Positions 47,799 to 60,830 of a stretch of 64,000 nt of DNA are shown here, in pieces. How positions within the stretch are numbered: position 1 is the first letter of the stretch; the number at the start of each line of letters is the position of its first letter. Made by a program: the position numbers and the translations under genes. Origin of the DNA: Podarcis tiliguerta (lineage: Eukaryota); assembly GCA_965153285.1 (NCBI GenBank), contig OZ229111.1. One strand, given 5' to 3'. The notes below the pieces were generated by a model. That model did not search any database. It worked only from the letters and a program-made list of their open reading frames with translations, and was not told the DNA's origin.

Positions 47799-50049
47799 TA
47801 TACTTAAAAGGCATCATCTGGCATATATGTTTGTAGGCCAATGAAAATTTACTAATTTCGTTCTCCATTGCAAAAAAACCCATAAATGGGATTATATAGT
47901 AGCAGTATCTATATAATCTAAAGCAACACACATGGAGCTCCATGCAATCTTCACAAACTTCCCATCTGTGTCTCATGCATGCAAACAAAAAATTGTTCCT
48001 ACAGAGTTCAGGCTGGGGAGGTCTCTTGAAGAATATTTCCAAGGGGCGGAGAAACTTGTTTTCCAGAATGAGATGCAAAGTTTGCTGATGTTTTAATCCA
48101 CTCCTGATGAAGAATGTCCTACTTGGGCGTTTTATTGCTGAAAACACTTAAAATAACTTGCAAGGCAAATGCTTGCAGTGCTTTTCAAGTCTGTGGTTGG
48201 GCTCAAGTTTAGGAAAACTAATTCAGCGGTCACAGCCAGAGGCAATAAGCATCTGTAATTTAAAACCACAGCAAGTCAGGGTTGTGAAAACCAGCCCCTT
48301 GGTACTACGTTGTATTAGCTCTACCTATGAGATCTCTTGATGGTAATGAAGCAAAACGCACATATTGAGCATTTCCCTGAGCTATCAGAGCTTTGAGGCC
48401 CAGAAGATACATGCAACACAAGGTTATTAGGTTATTTAAGGTTTAATGCTCCTGAGTGTGCAAGTACTGTACAAAATAAATAAAAGATTTTTTTCGGGAT
48501 AGTCATCTGATCACAGAAGGGATTTATGAATAGAATTTGTTCTGGCTCTTTTTAAAAAATCTTTTAACTTTAATTCATTATGATTTGGAATAACTCATAA
48601 TGATCTGTCTGAACACATCTTTGCAACTCTTTGGCAGACAGTTGAACAGACAGCTCAGACAGTTGAACAGAAAACACAGTAAATGTCCTAAATTACTGAT
48701 AATAATGAACTGCAGCAGCAGTTAAAAGTTCAGCATAAAAAATATACAACACCAATTAAAAAATCCTGGGCAAATAAAAAAGTTTTCAACTGATGCTGAA
48801 AAGCTAATAAAAATGGTGCCAGGCCAGGCAAATCTGTCTGGCAAGGGAGTTCTTGGGACATCCTCCAGTTTGTCAATCCTGGGATATGACAGAATCTTGG
48901 GAACTGGTTGCTACAGAGAGATCTAATAATAATTTTCAGCATGCAAGTTGTGTATAGACTTTATCGACTTTAGTGCCTTGTGAAGACTGCTGTTTGTTTT
49001 CACATTTGAGAACCCTATTTTTTTTTGGGGGGGGGGAGAGAGAGAGATACAGCTTTTGTTTAAGTTACTTTAATTTTGTGCTCTGCTTATCCTGTGACAT
49101 CTCAAAGGTTTTGCTTCCCCCTGTGCTTAGAGTACCGGCATCTGAGGGGCTAACAGGGTCACGTTATTAGTGATATGGTCTTGGTGGGAAAGGGCATTTT
49201 CAGTCCCTTGTGGGAAGTCCTTAAGTACCCTTAAAATGTGCAAACACTCTAGAGCTGTAATTTATCTCCTTTAGCCTGTAGCAGCTGCAGGAGGGGCACT
49301 GCTGGGATTCTCATTAACACTTTTGGGAAAGTGGGAGATGCAAGCAATAGCACTGCCTTCCAGCCCTGTCAGCCTTGGCATCCTTGCAGTGAGACAATGT
49401 AGAAGGGTTATTTCCTAATATGCCCACCACATTATTATTATTTAAATGTAAACAATGCCATTCTCTCATTTCATTAGTTTTAAACTTCATGAAAACATCT
49501 GCATTTTTTTGCAATGAGGAGCATGGCACAGGTCTAGGAGCTGATAACTGAACCAACACACTTATCTCACATCCAGATTTGACGTAGATCAGTGTGGCAT
49601 TTAAAAACTACAGTAATTCATGCTTACATTTGGGATTATTCACATCTCAGTGACTGAAGAAGGCCAAAGCCCCCCCCCCCCTTTGGCTTTAATATCTGTC
49701 GTTAGTCACTGTAACAAGTATACTGGTTTTCATGATTTTCTGTATCCTCCTAGGATTCAGAACAAACTTGTCTGAAGTGCTATTTGATGCTTTAAAAGTA
49801 TTCTATATTAATAAATATTGTGTGTGGGTGTTACTGTCTCTAGGAAAGTAATGGTGTTTGCTAAACTCCATAGCAAGAGAGCCTGATGCTGATGTGAGAT
49901 CAGCAACCATTTTTATTATTTGAATTTTTTTTGATGTTTGATTTTGTTAATTGTATTTGCCAGAGACCATGAAAATGCAACCAAAGCACTTAAAATGCAG
50001 CCTAGTTTTAGTGGTAGCCTATAGATCTAAGCCATAAGGGGAGAAAACA

Positions 50050-50612
50050 TCAAATATTCACCGGGGCCAACTATCCATGCTGGTCCTACATGGGCCAGCA
50101 AAAAGAGCCAAGGGAAAATTTATATACAAATTCCATATAAGGGGTTCCATCAAAAATAAATAAATGAGAGGATGGGTTAGACTGAGTCCAGCCCAAAGGC
50201 CAGGTGGAACAGCTCCATCTTGCAGGCCCTGCGGAAAGATATCAAATCCCGCAGGGCTCTGATCTCCAGTGGTAGGGCATTCCACCAGAATGGGGCCAGA
50301 GCTGAAAAGGCGCTGGCCCTGGTTGAAGCCAATCTAACCTCCTTGGGGCTCGGAACTTCCAAAGTGTTGTTATTTATGGACCTTAAGGTCCTCCACGGGG
50401 CATACCAGGACAGGCGGTACCATTAGTACGAGGGTCCTAGGCCTTGAAGGGCTTTAAAGGTCAAAACCAGCACCTTAAACATGACCCTGTACTCCACCGG
50501 GAGCCAGTGCAGCTGGTAAAGCACTGGATGAATGTGATCCCGTGGCAAGGACCCCGTAAGGAGCCTTGCCGCGGCATTCTGCACCTGCTGGAGTTTCTGA
50601 GTCAGCTTCAGT
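50050..50612 (-). mobile_element. L2-clade LINE 3' fragment
   Basis: Minus-strand peptide QNAAARLLTG..HIHPVLYQLHWLPV..FKVLVLTFKAL..AFSALAPFWWNALP. Confidence 0.9.
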
Positions 50613-50619
50613 AGCCCTC

Positions 50620-51270
50620 TCCACCATGAATTTGTCTAATCCTCTTTAAAGCCATCCTACTCCTGTGGGAGAGAGTTCCATAGTTTAACAGTGCATCGTG
50701 TGAAGGAGTACTTTCTTTATCCATCTTGAATCATCCAACACTCAGCTTCATTGCATGTCCATGAGTTCTAGTGCTGTGAGAGAGGGAGAAAACTTCTCAA
50801 TCCTTTTTCTCCATGCCCTGCATAATGTTATAAACTTCTGTCATATCACCTCTAACTCTCCTTTTCTCTAAACTAAAAAGTCCCAAATGTTGTAACCTTT
50901 CTTCACAGGGGAGTTGCACCAGCCACTTGAGCATTTTGGTTGCCCCCCCCTTCTGTTTTCCAGATGTATAATGTCTTTTTTTAGGTGAGGCGACCAGAAC
51001 TGTACAGAGCATTCCAAATGTGGTCACACAAAAGATTTGTATAATGGCATTATGATACTGGAAGTTTTATTTTCAGTTCCTTTCCTAATGATCCCTAGCA
51101 TGCAATCTGCCTTTTTCTTTGGCTACCATGCACTGGGTGGACATCTTCCTTGAACTATCTACTCTGACCCCAAGTTCTCATTCGTGCACAGTCACCTCCA
51201 TTTCAGGCCCCGTGAGTGTATTCATGAAATTAACACGTTTTGCCCCGACACTTTGCACTTGTTTCCAATG
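50620..51270 (-). mobile_element. CR1 LINE ORF2 C-terminal fragment
   Basis: Peptide ATKMLKWLVQLPCEERLQHLGLFSLEKRRVRGDMTEVYNIM, with VQFWSPHLKKD in an adjacent frame. Confidence 0.9.
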
Positions 51271-51748
51271 GATTGCATTTGTAGCCAGAAGGGAAAACAA
51301 ACTATAAACAAAACACAAAACAATGTTGTCAAGACGAGCTCTTTTATGCTTTGATTCTCTCGCTCTAGAGAACAAGCTCTATTGATTTCAGTGGAAATGT
51401 CTTTATAAATAAGTGTATTCAGCACTATACCTTTCGTTGCCATAGTTCAACAGAAAGCATACACAGTTAGAACATAAGCTTTTGTTTCCCTTGGTCATAT
51501 AGCAAACAACACTCGCCCTTTCCTTCTGCATGAAACAAACTTTGTTCCAATTAGGTATCATTCCACCTATTGCTTCCAATGAAGAGCCATACCCTCATCC
51601 ACAGGGGAAAACAACCTTTGCTGTTTCAGGTATCGCTAATGACTGTATGGATCATGGCATTATTTTATTCAGTCAAAAGCATTTCTGTTGCACTGGGGAT
51701 TGGATGAAGGCTTGCAACTCAGTCTTATGCACGTTTATTCTGGGGAAA

Positions 51749-51812
51749 GGCCAGTGACTAAGTGGTAGAGCATCTGCTTTGCATTCATATGTTCCCAGGT
51801 TAAATCCCCAGA
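51749..51812 (+). mobile_element. tRNA-derived SINE head fragment (Squam3-like)
   Basis: AGTGGTAGAGCATCTGCTTTGCAT..TCCCAGGTTAAATCCCC contains A/B-box remnants. Confidence 0.55.
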
Positions 51813-53277
51813 AGTTTTATGTTAGCAGATGGCCAAGAACAAAACCTTTTAATGCATGGATAGGGAACCTGTGGCTCTTCAAATGTCCACCATCCCTAAT
51901 CATTGGCCATCCTGGTTGCAGCTGATGGAAGTCAAAGTCCAATAGCATCTGGAGGCCCACAAGTTCCCTGTCCCACTTTAAATCTTCCCTACATACCCCT
52001 CCAACTGCTTTTTTACTGCTAATTTTCCTATAAAATATATGGGTAGTTTGGTCAACCTTGTGCATCATTCTTGGGGCTTGCCAAGCCTAGCAGCAGTCCC
52101 TTGCTAAGAGCAAAGTTGCTTCTCACCCTATCCAAAGAGCAGAGGTAGTCATTGTGGACTCCGACTCCCATCATCCCTAGCCAGGATGACCAATGACCAG
52201 GGGTGGTGATGAGAGATGTAGTCCAACAACATCTGGAGGGCACCACATTGACTACCCCTGCCAAACAGCTTTTGGCCTCTTCTGTTTTTTTGTTATATCC
52301 ATCGGTTGTTTCCTCTCAGTTTTCCACTGTAGAATAATAGATAGTAGTCTCAGTTCTGTATAATGTTTAAGATTGCATCATGAAATAAAAATTGTTTTGC
52401 TTCAAAGGACATTGCAGAAATGAGCTTGAAACGCTGCCTGGAAGGGCAAGGGGCATTCCAAAATCCAGTAAACCAGTCACTACCGTACCAGTCTTGTGGC
52501 AGTTATTGCTTTGTTAAATTTTAGAATGCCCTTTGCCCTTTCTGGTGCAAGCTTTTCCTTTTGCAAATTGTCAGAACAGCCTTCTTTCATGTAGGAAAAT
52601 TGCAGTCATGAGGACCCTGATCCAGGCTGGGACTTCAGGAAGGAGCAGAAGGTTAAAGACAGACAGAGAGACAGACAGAGAGAGAGAGAGACAGTGACAG
52701 CGCCAGGGTTCCAATCCAGATCAGGCTCACTACACTGGAAGTTTAGGAAAGAAAAAGCTTGCACTCAAAGACAAACCATGTTATTAACGTCATATGTGGT
52801 TTGGTCCACAGCGAGTGAGCTCCAGAAGAAGGAGGAATTCCTAGGAGCCAAAGCCAGCACATTCTGCAGTGAGCGCTTAGTGTTTAATCAGAGATGATGA
52901 TCAAGACAGGAAATATTATAAGAACTTTTTCTAAGATGAAAGGAAAAATTATTACTGTAGCTATCATGATTATTCTGCTGAGCATCCGCCTAGTTCTTTG
53001 AACACAGAGCAAGTTTCCTGCCCTAAATTACTGGCAGTCTCGAGTTAATTTTTATATGAACATTGAGGACAAATCAAAAGTTATCACTGAGAATTTCCAG
53101 AGGAGTAGTTGTATTGCTGCAAAAGCAACACAGAGTCTTGTGTTATTTTAAATACTCTCATACATTTTATTATAGTATACACTCTTATGGATTAGTATTA
53201 TCCACTTCATCCAATGCATTCATTCTCATACTCTCTCCCAGTGGGTGTAAAATAGGGGAAGTGTTAAAGGGCAGAGT

Positions 53278-53632
53278 GGGACACGGGTGGTGCTGTGGGT
53301 TAAACCACAGAGCCTAGGGCTTGCCGATCAGAAGGTTGGTGGTTCGAATCCCCATGACAGGGTGAGCTCCCATTGCTCGGTCCCTGCTCCTGCCAACCTA
53401 GCAGTTTGAAAGCACGTCAAGTGCAAGTAGATAAATAGGTACCGCTCCGGCGTCAAGGTAAATGACATTTCTGTGCACTGCTCTCGTTCGCCAGAAGTGG
53501 CTTAATCATGCTGGCCACATGACCCAGAAGCTGTACGGCGGCTCCCTCGGCCAATAAAGCGAAATGAGTGCTGCAACCCCAGAGTTGTCTGCGTCTGGAC
53601 CTAATGGTCAGGGGTCCCTTTACTTTTACCTA
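53278..53632 (+). mobile_element. full-length Sauria SINE with decayed 13-bp TSD
   Basis: Runs from head GGGACACGGGTGGTGCTGTGGG to tail CCTTTACTTTTACC. Flanks TAAAGGGCAGAGT (53265-53277) and TAAATGGTAGAGT (53633-53645) differ at 2 positions. Confidence 0.95.
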
Positions 53633-55496
53633 TAAATGGTAGAGTAAATGCCATTAGAGTGCAAAAGTACTATCTTTCAGAATTCATTTGCATATTTATG
53701 TTGCATTTAACTACAGCCCCAATCTGCATGGTGCTATTTCATAGGGTTTGCACTGACTTTGTATCAGGCAGTCTCTTGTAACTGCTGCTGAATTCTAAGT
53801 GAATGCTGTGCTTACACAATAGTGGGGCTATTCTATGGTGCCTGTGCACATGAAAAGAAGCTGCCTTTAAAATAGTATGAGTTTCCCACAAGAAGTTGTG
53901 TCGTTTCCTTAAAACTTGTTGTGTATCGCGCCTGGAGCCTGCCAGCACTAGAATCCCAGACCCTTGGGAAGAGCAGTGGCTTCTGGTCCACCCCAAATAG
54001 CATCCTTAGACATTTAGAACCCACAGAACAGCTGCAGAGCTTTTGCCTCCCTCCTTTGTTTGCGGTTACAGCCATCAGGTTGTTTACTCTCCCTTTCCTC
54101 CTTAAGGATAGTAGAGTCAGTTCTGGCTAATGTTTGAGATTGCATCACAGAAGAAAAATTGCTTCGCTTCAAAGGAAAAGTGGGGAGGAGTTTAGAAGCA
54201 TTTCTGGCAAGCTTGAGGATGGATGTGTAGATATTGAAAGCGGGTTGGCAGCAGGCTTTGCACAATCGAGTCCTGACTGTGTGAAGTCAAATACAAACAG
54301 TGGCTTGTGTTTGCACATAAGAGCTTTGTGGATCAGTATCCCAGGCCCTATACTTTACATCATTGGATCTGAGAGCAGAGGTTTGCTGGTGTGAGTTTGG
54401 CTAGAGTGGGGCGGGTGGTGAGGTGGTGGGGGGGGGGGAAGGCTCTGCTGAGCATTTTGAAATGAATTGAACTGTGCAAACATTCTGCTGAAAAGCTCTC
54501 AGGGTGATGCTTTGGAACAGATACCCAGCCCCTTGCTGAAATTTAAATAGCAACTTTCACGCTGGAGCAAGCTGAACAAAAGAGGACAAATAAAATAGAC
54601 CCGAATGGGGTTTTGTTTGTTTGTTTTTGTAGCTTAGCTAATATTTCAGCAATTGTTCTGGTCAGGAATGTGAGGAGTTCCCTTCAGAATTAATTTGAGT
54701 GAAACATGAGAAGGCTCAGTGTTGGGTAAATGCCACCCCTATTCTCTCCCTAACTCCCACCCCCAAATCTCGATGCATCAAAATCTTAGGCTGTGAAATC
54801 GTAAGTCACCGTTGCTCCTTGCTACATTTCCGAAATGTTGGCATTTGGATAGTCATAAGTCAAGGGCAACCCAGCACCTGCACATCCATAAAAAGGAAAC
54901 CAAAATATTTGACAAAAATTGGATTTAATCTGATTAAATATTGTAGTTGCTTAATCAACTATCTTTAACCAGTCTATCATTCAGTTAAATTAAATGTAAA
55001 TATATTGACATATTTCTAGACCCTCAGTATTTGTTGTCTTTATGAGTTATTGAAGGAATCACGAGTTAATAAAAAAAAGCTACCACTCATTATTAAAATG
55101 AAACATAGTATTTTATATTTCTTTTTCATTCAATATTCAACTTATTAAAACAACCCCAAATACAAACAAGATTGCCTTAACTTTGCAGCCTCAGTAATTA
55201 AACTTGGGACCAATTAGTTAATCTAGTGAAGCTTTAGTCAATTAACTTGAACAGAATTTGCAACATTATTTTTCAAAATTTATATTTAGCATCAGGCAAA
55301 CTTGTCAGGTGGTACAGATAATTACAGTGGAACTGAAATCACTGGGATCGTGGTTTGTTTTGCCTCTAACACTCCAGGACCTGCAACCAAGGTTTGTTCT
55401 TGGCTTACTAATCATGGTTTGTTAGAGCAAATAAAGCTGCAATCTCTGTATCAGACAAACATGAAGGCAGAGGTCATGGTTTATTTTCTCTGTGTG

Positions 55497-55670
55497 CAGA
55501 GGCGGATTTAGGGGAGCATGACTGGTTTGGTTGCCCTGGACGTGGAGTCTTGGGGGTGCCATAGGGGGATCCACAACTATTATGTAGAATGGGATACGGG
55601 AGTGGTGGTGGTGAATTTCAGCGTTGCAGAGGTGCCACTGAAATTTGACACCCCAAGGTCTGCCACTCTC
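55497..55670. mobile_element. short MITE-like element
   Basis: Imperfect inverted ends AGAGGCGGATTT and AGGTCTGCCACT. Confidence 0.4.
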
Positions 55671-55781
55671 TGTGTGTTGGTTTGGAGGAGGGATACGGCC
55701 CTGAAAAGTTCACAATAAACCAGTAAGTATGAACTCATCTGCCTCTCAGGTGTATTCAGACCATTCTTCAATAAGAATATA

Positions 55782-56032
55782 CAGTTGTACCTCGGAAGTC
55801 GAACAGAAACCATTCTGGAAGTCCATTCGAGTTCTGAAATGTTCATGAACCAAAACGCGGCTATGGATTGGCTGCAGGAAGGTCCTGCAGCCAATTGGAA
55901 GCTGCAGAAGCCCTCTCAGACGTTTGGCTTCCCGAAGAACGCTCAGAAACTGGAACACTCACTTCCGGTTTTCGATTGTTCGGGAGCCAGAACATTCGAC
56001 TCCCAAGGCATTTGGGATCTGAGGTACGACTG
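55782..56032. mobile_element. Tc1/mariner (Tigger/pogo-like) MITE, 251 bp
   Basis: TA on both sides, TIRs CAGTTGTACCTC and GAGGTACGACTG, and internal palindrome ATTGGCTGCAGGA..TCCTGCAGCCAAT. Confidence 0.85.
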
Positions 56033-58677
56033 TAGTGCAATAGGTGAGGAAGCATCTGGTCAGGTCCAACCAAGATAGCTACAGTATGCAAGGAATTGTA
56101 AATAATTCATTACCATGACAGAAGGAAACAAGGGCCTTTTCTTCTGACTTATATTTTTGTGATCAAGCTTTAAAACAAGTTTTCCAAACAATTACACATC
56201 AATAGATACCTTCACATTGACTGACATGCTGAGGTATTAATAATAAGAGCTAAACTGGGTCCAAAAATGTATGTAAGGGTTCTTTCTAAATAGCTTCCTT
56301 TGTGCCAGAAGCCGATGGCTTTCCGAGGGCCGTGACCTTCAACTGAGTAGCAGAGCGGTTGTCAGTTTAGCACTGGTAGATGGTTTCCTTCATGCTAGAG
56401 CAGTGTGTCTGAATGTGAGAGAGGATGTGCATCCCCTGAAACAGCTCTAATAACTACTTGTTTAGTGGATAATTGCAGAGGTGACCAATTAGGCATATAC
56501 TGTCCTATTAAAGTGCTGGAAACAGTACAAGAAGCGAGCAAGGCTTGCAGTGTGAACTGAGCTTCCGAAACCTGCACAATATCCAGCTTCAGGGTTCTAA
56601 TCCTTGGGTGCTGTACCAAGTCTGGAAAATTTAAGGCACATTATTGCTGGAGGACGGAAATCTATAGTAAAAAACAACAACAAAATAATAACTGCAGGGA
56701 AGCACACACACAAAAATGTCCCCCCCCCCCCCCGCTAAATGTTAAAGTTGAAACATTCATGCGCTGCAAGCTCCTCAAAAGAAAATGAGGTTTGTTTCAA
56801 TACAGCACCTTAAGGACTGGTTCAATAGTTTTAGCAGGGCTGAAAGAATTGTAACTGCAGTCATGCAAAAGAAAATGAAAAGCTTTAGGTTTTGCGACAA
56901 CATGTTTGCTTTGATTTAATGTTGGATATTCACTACACACTGAGTGGAGGGCAAAACATAGAGCAATGTATGATGGATTTTAAAACTGTTGGCACAACTT
57001 TTGGGAGCTGTCCGAATTATTTATTTGAAATCACAGCACATAGCATAAGGTCAGACAGATGTAAGATCCAGATTACTGTAAGAGCAATTTAACTCCGCAG
57101 CATGCACTGGATGTGTAAGCATAGAAGAAATAGCAGCCACAATGCAGTGGAGAAATGTGTACAGCAAGGGAGAAAAAGTTCAATGGCAAAGCCATGTTAA
57201 CTCTGACAGAAACAGGTGAAAACCCATGGGTGTACCGAATTATTCAGCTTCGGAAGATGTATTAAATATGGATCTTGTCATAAATTTTCACAAAACAATG
57301 AATTTCAAAACTGGCACAAGGAAACAAAGCTCATGCAATTGTAAGTAAAACATTGCAATGGGAGCCAGTTCAAAATTCAAAATTCAAATACTAGATTACT
57401 CTCATACTCCTGGAGGTGGGGGTGGGGAACGAAATGCAGGTATTTAGTTTTCATCTAACTTTCATATAGCAGTATACTTTGCCTAAGGGCTATGATTAAT
57501 AATAACTTTGCAAAAGGAGCTTGCAAAAGGAAAGTTTCCTGCCCTCTACACAAGCCTGTGTACCTCATCCTATAGTATTCAGTAGGGACTCTGAAAAGAC
57601 TTTGCAGGGGGTGCAGGCAGCTACAATGGAGGAGGAGGGGATGGGAAACTTTCCATCTGCAAACTTCTTTTCATTCACTTATCTTGGGATCCAAGTATAT
57701 GTTGGCAACAGAGTTTGGTGGCACAAGATTCCACCAATTCACCCACGAAGAAAGTTTCTATGGAAAGAAGCCACAAACCATTAGGTGCAATTTGGATGAA
57801 ACTTGAGTCAAATATTATTTCCAACACGACTGAAATATCAGCTGCTACAGATCAGGCAAAGGGTTGATAATCTCTGATTCTCTATCCAGGGCAGACACTT
57901 CCCCACCCCCATTTATTCTGTAGGGATAGCAAGATGGCCTGGTTAAGTGAACATAATGCAGAATTGTTTGGTACAGTATATATCAAAGGCATTGTCTGGT
58001 ATAGTATTAGGTCTAAATCTGGGCTCATGGCTTATCTTGCTCTAGACAAGCCATGGGCCTCTAGCCAAGGTATGTTCTATGGTTTACCACCTAAACTTTT
58101 AGATTTTCTTTAGGTATCAATGCAGCATATGAACAATGAACATTATACCTGAATGTTCAGCATATTGGAAATTTCTCGGATAGGTGATGGATGGAGAACC
58201 CTCAACCCTCCATATGCTACTCTTCTTCTCCCACCATCCTGGCCATTGGCCGTACTTGCTGGGGCTGAAGGAAGTTGTAGTTCAACAACATATGGAGGGC
58301 CAAAGGATTCCATCCCTGTGGTAGACGCTGGCCCATATTAAAATCCTCTTTCTGTGTTTGGCAATCCAGAATTTACTCTATTCTCTCACATTAGATTTGA
58401 ATACAAAAAAAATTGCAGCATGGCCAAAAGGTAGATTACGGTCTACTGGTAGATCTCATGGATAGGGTTGATCATCAATTGTTTAACAACAGCGGAAATT
58501 TTGTTTCCAAATTAGGCTGCTGAAACAAAGGAGTGTGAGAGGAAATTAGGAATAGATTTTTGTATGACAACAATGCTGAAAACAAATTCCTGGACTATGG
58601 TGCAGTCAGAGATGACTTGTTCCTTAATTCTTTGGCCGCAGATGGTAGTCCTTGGCATCTTAGGAAAAAACAAAGTA

Positions 58678-58933
58678 CTGTATTTTTTGCTCTATAAGAC
58701 TCACTTTTTCCCTCCTAAAAAGTAAGGCGAAATGTGTGTGCATCTTATGGAGCGAATGCAGGCTGCGCAGCTATCACAGAAGCCAGAACAGCAAGAGGGA
58801 TTGCTGCTTTCACTGCGCAGCGATCCCTCTTGCTGTTCTGGCTTCTGAGATTCAGATTTTTTTTCTTGTTTGCCTCCTCCAAAAATTAGGTGCGTCTTGT
58901 GGTCTGGTGCGTCTTATAGAGCGAAAAATACGG
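58678..58933. mobile_element. Tc1/mariner-pogo-type MITE with internal long hairpin
   Basis: TA-CTGTATTTTTTGCTCTATAAGAC at the left and GTCTTATAGAGCGAAAAATACGG-(G)TA at the right. Confidence 0.85.
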
Positions 58934-60125
58934 GTAGGTCTCTCAGGCTTGAAGTCTACCCGTTGCTGTACTAATACATATGGATGTGTGCATTTCTTAA
59001 GGCAGGAAATGTGACATGTTTCCCCCTGCATGTTAGGAAGATAATGGGGAGGGGGGTACTCACTTGCAGATATTTGTGTGTTGCAAAATATCCACCATGG
59101 CTAATTTTAGATATGCCAAAACATTATTTTCACAAAGCTGTGCTTTGGGAGGGAATGAGAACCGCAGTGACTGTAGGAAGTTATTTGTTGCCTGCTGCTA
59201 GTTGATCTTGTGTATTTAAGAATGTTTTGATTCTGTATATGGCTATGATACATATGGTTATTGTTTTATTTGCATTGTGGGTCGGTTTTTCTTTATTCTT
59301 GTATTCCTGTCCTGGGACCAATTGGTGAAAGGCAGGTTGCAAATGCTGTGAATAAACAAGCACATTTCTCCAAGTGGAAAGTGGAAATAAAACCCCTCAT
59401 TCCTGGCAGAAATGTTGGAAACCCACTTTTGCACTGTTGTAAATGAATAGTTTCTGTGTGCAGGCTACATGGCACAAGACCATTTGTGCTTGAAAGTGGA
59501 TGGGCATTGCTTTTCCCATCTCAGAGGTAGCCTTGGACAAACGCATTTAACTTCCTACCCTTCAGAATTTCAAACATTTCCCAAAAAACTGCTAACAACC
59601 AGCATGGTTGGAATTGTTTGTTTTACAATCCCAGCACGCTGTGTCTGTCACGAGGAGTTTTGCTCATTATATACAAAAGCATAGAGGGGTGGTAGGTGGA
59701 ACTGTATGTTTTCCAGAAGAAGTGGACAATACAACTTGTATGAATGAATGGCTGTTAGTGCCCCTGGAGCGGACAATGGGGGGAAAACTGCCGGCACAAA
59801 ACGAACAGGCTTCCAGGCTTCTCAGCGGCTGAGCCATTCTCCTGAGAGTTTAATTTTTTGGGAAGCTTTAACATCACAAGCTTACCCAGCACAGAAAGAA
59901 AGAAAGGTCAGCTAATCCCTCACAACATCTGAATGAATTCAGGCCCAGAAGTGAGATTACGCAGATGGGATGAGGAGGACGGAAAAGCTGCGTGGATACA
60001 GGGACCCTTCCCATAGCCAGACATGCTTTCTAAAGAAATTGAGCTTTTATTTAAATTTTCTTTCCCTGGGAAGAGGAGGAGGGGGTGGATGGCTAGATGC
60101 ATTGAGGGAGATAAGGGCCCAAACC

Positions 60126-60130
<5 letters not shown>

Positions 60131-60158
<28 letters not shown>
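60131..60158. repeat. (CT)n microsatellite
   Basis: Directly visible. Confidence 0.95.
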
Positions 60159-60699
60159 ACCACCAAGAAGCTCAGACTTTCAAACACTGACCCTCTCAAG
60201 GCTGTATGAAACCCAGCATCTCAGGTGAACGTGGGGATCAGCCAGGAGGAGCAGCAGGAGAAAGGCAGAATTGCAAGTAAGACTCTTATATGTGAGGTAT
60301 ATAGTTTTAGGGTAGCATATATGAATTCTATTATCAAATTGGTGAATTCATAATTCTCATGCCTGTTTTGAATCAAATCATTGGTTTATTATGGGCTATA
60401 TAGCACAGTCATAGAAGTAACAGAACATTAGACAGAAATAAGGCTAGCAAGTTTTAAATTAAGCTGAACATTTTGTTTTAGTACCCTGAGGGCATGTAAA
60501 GGCTGCCTTCCCTGATAGGTAATCAGCCATTTAAAACTTCCATATATTTATTTGGTTTTTAATATATGAAGTTTAACCTTTCTTCTCTGGGATATATGAA
60601 AACCCTAGTTGACATCAGCTAGAAATGATTTAGAATGCTTTATTATCACTACCCATTTACATCTCTCTTTAAATTTGTAGTCCCTATGTTGTGCTTCTG

Positions 60700-60830
60700 C
60701 ACACAATGTCCCTGAGTAGTAAGTCATTCCCATTTTACAGATGTGAAAGTGAGGCTGAGAGATAATGATATGCCCAAGGCCACACAAGGAGCCCCTGGCT
60801 GAGCTGGGATTTAAGCTCCATATTTGAACA
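60700..60830 (-). mobile_element. MIR/CORE-SINE remnant
   Basis: ATTCCCATTTTACAGATGTGAAAGTGAGGCTGAGAGA..TGCCCAAGGCCACAC..GAGCTGGGATTTAA. Confidence 0.75.
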
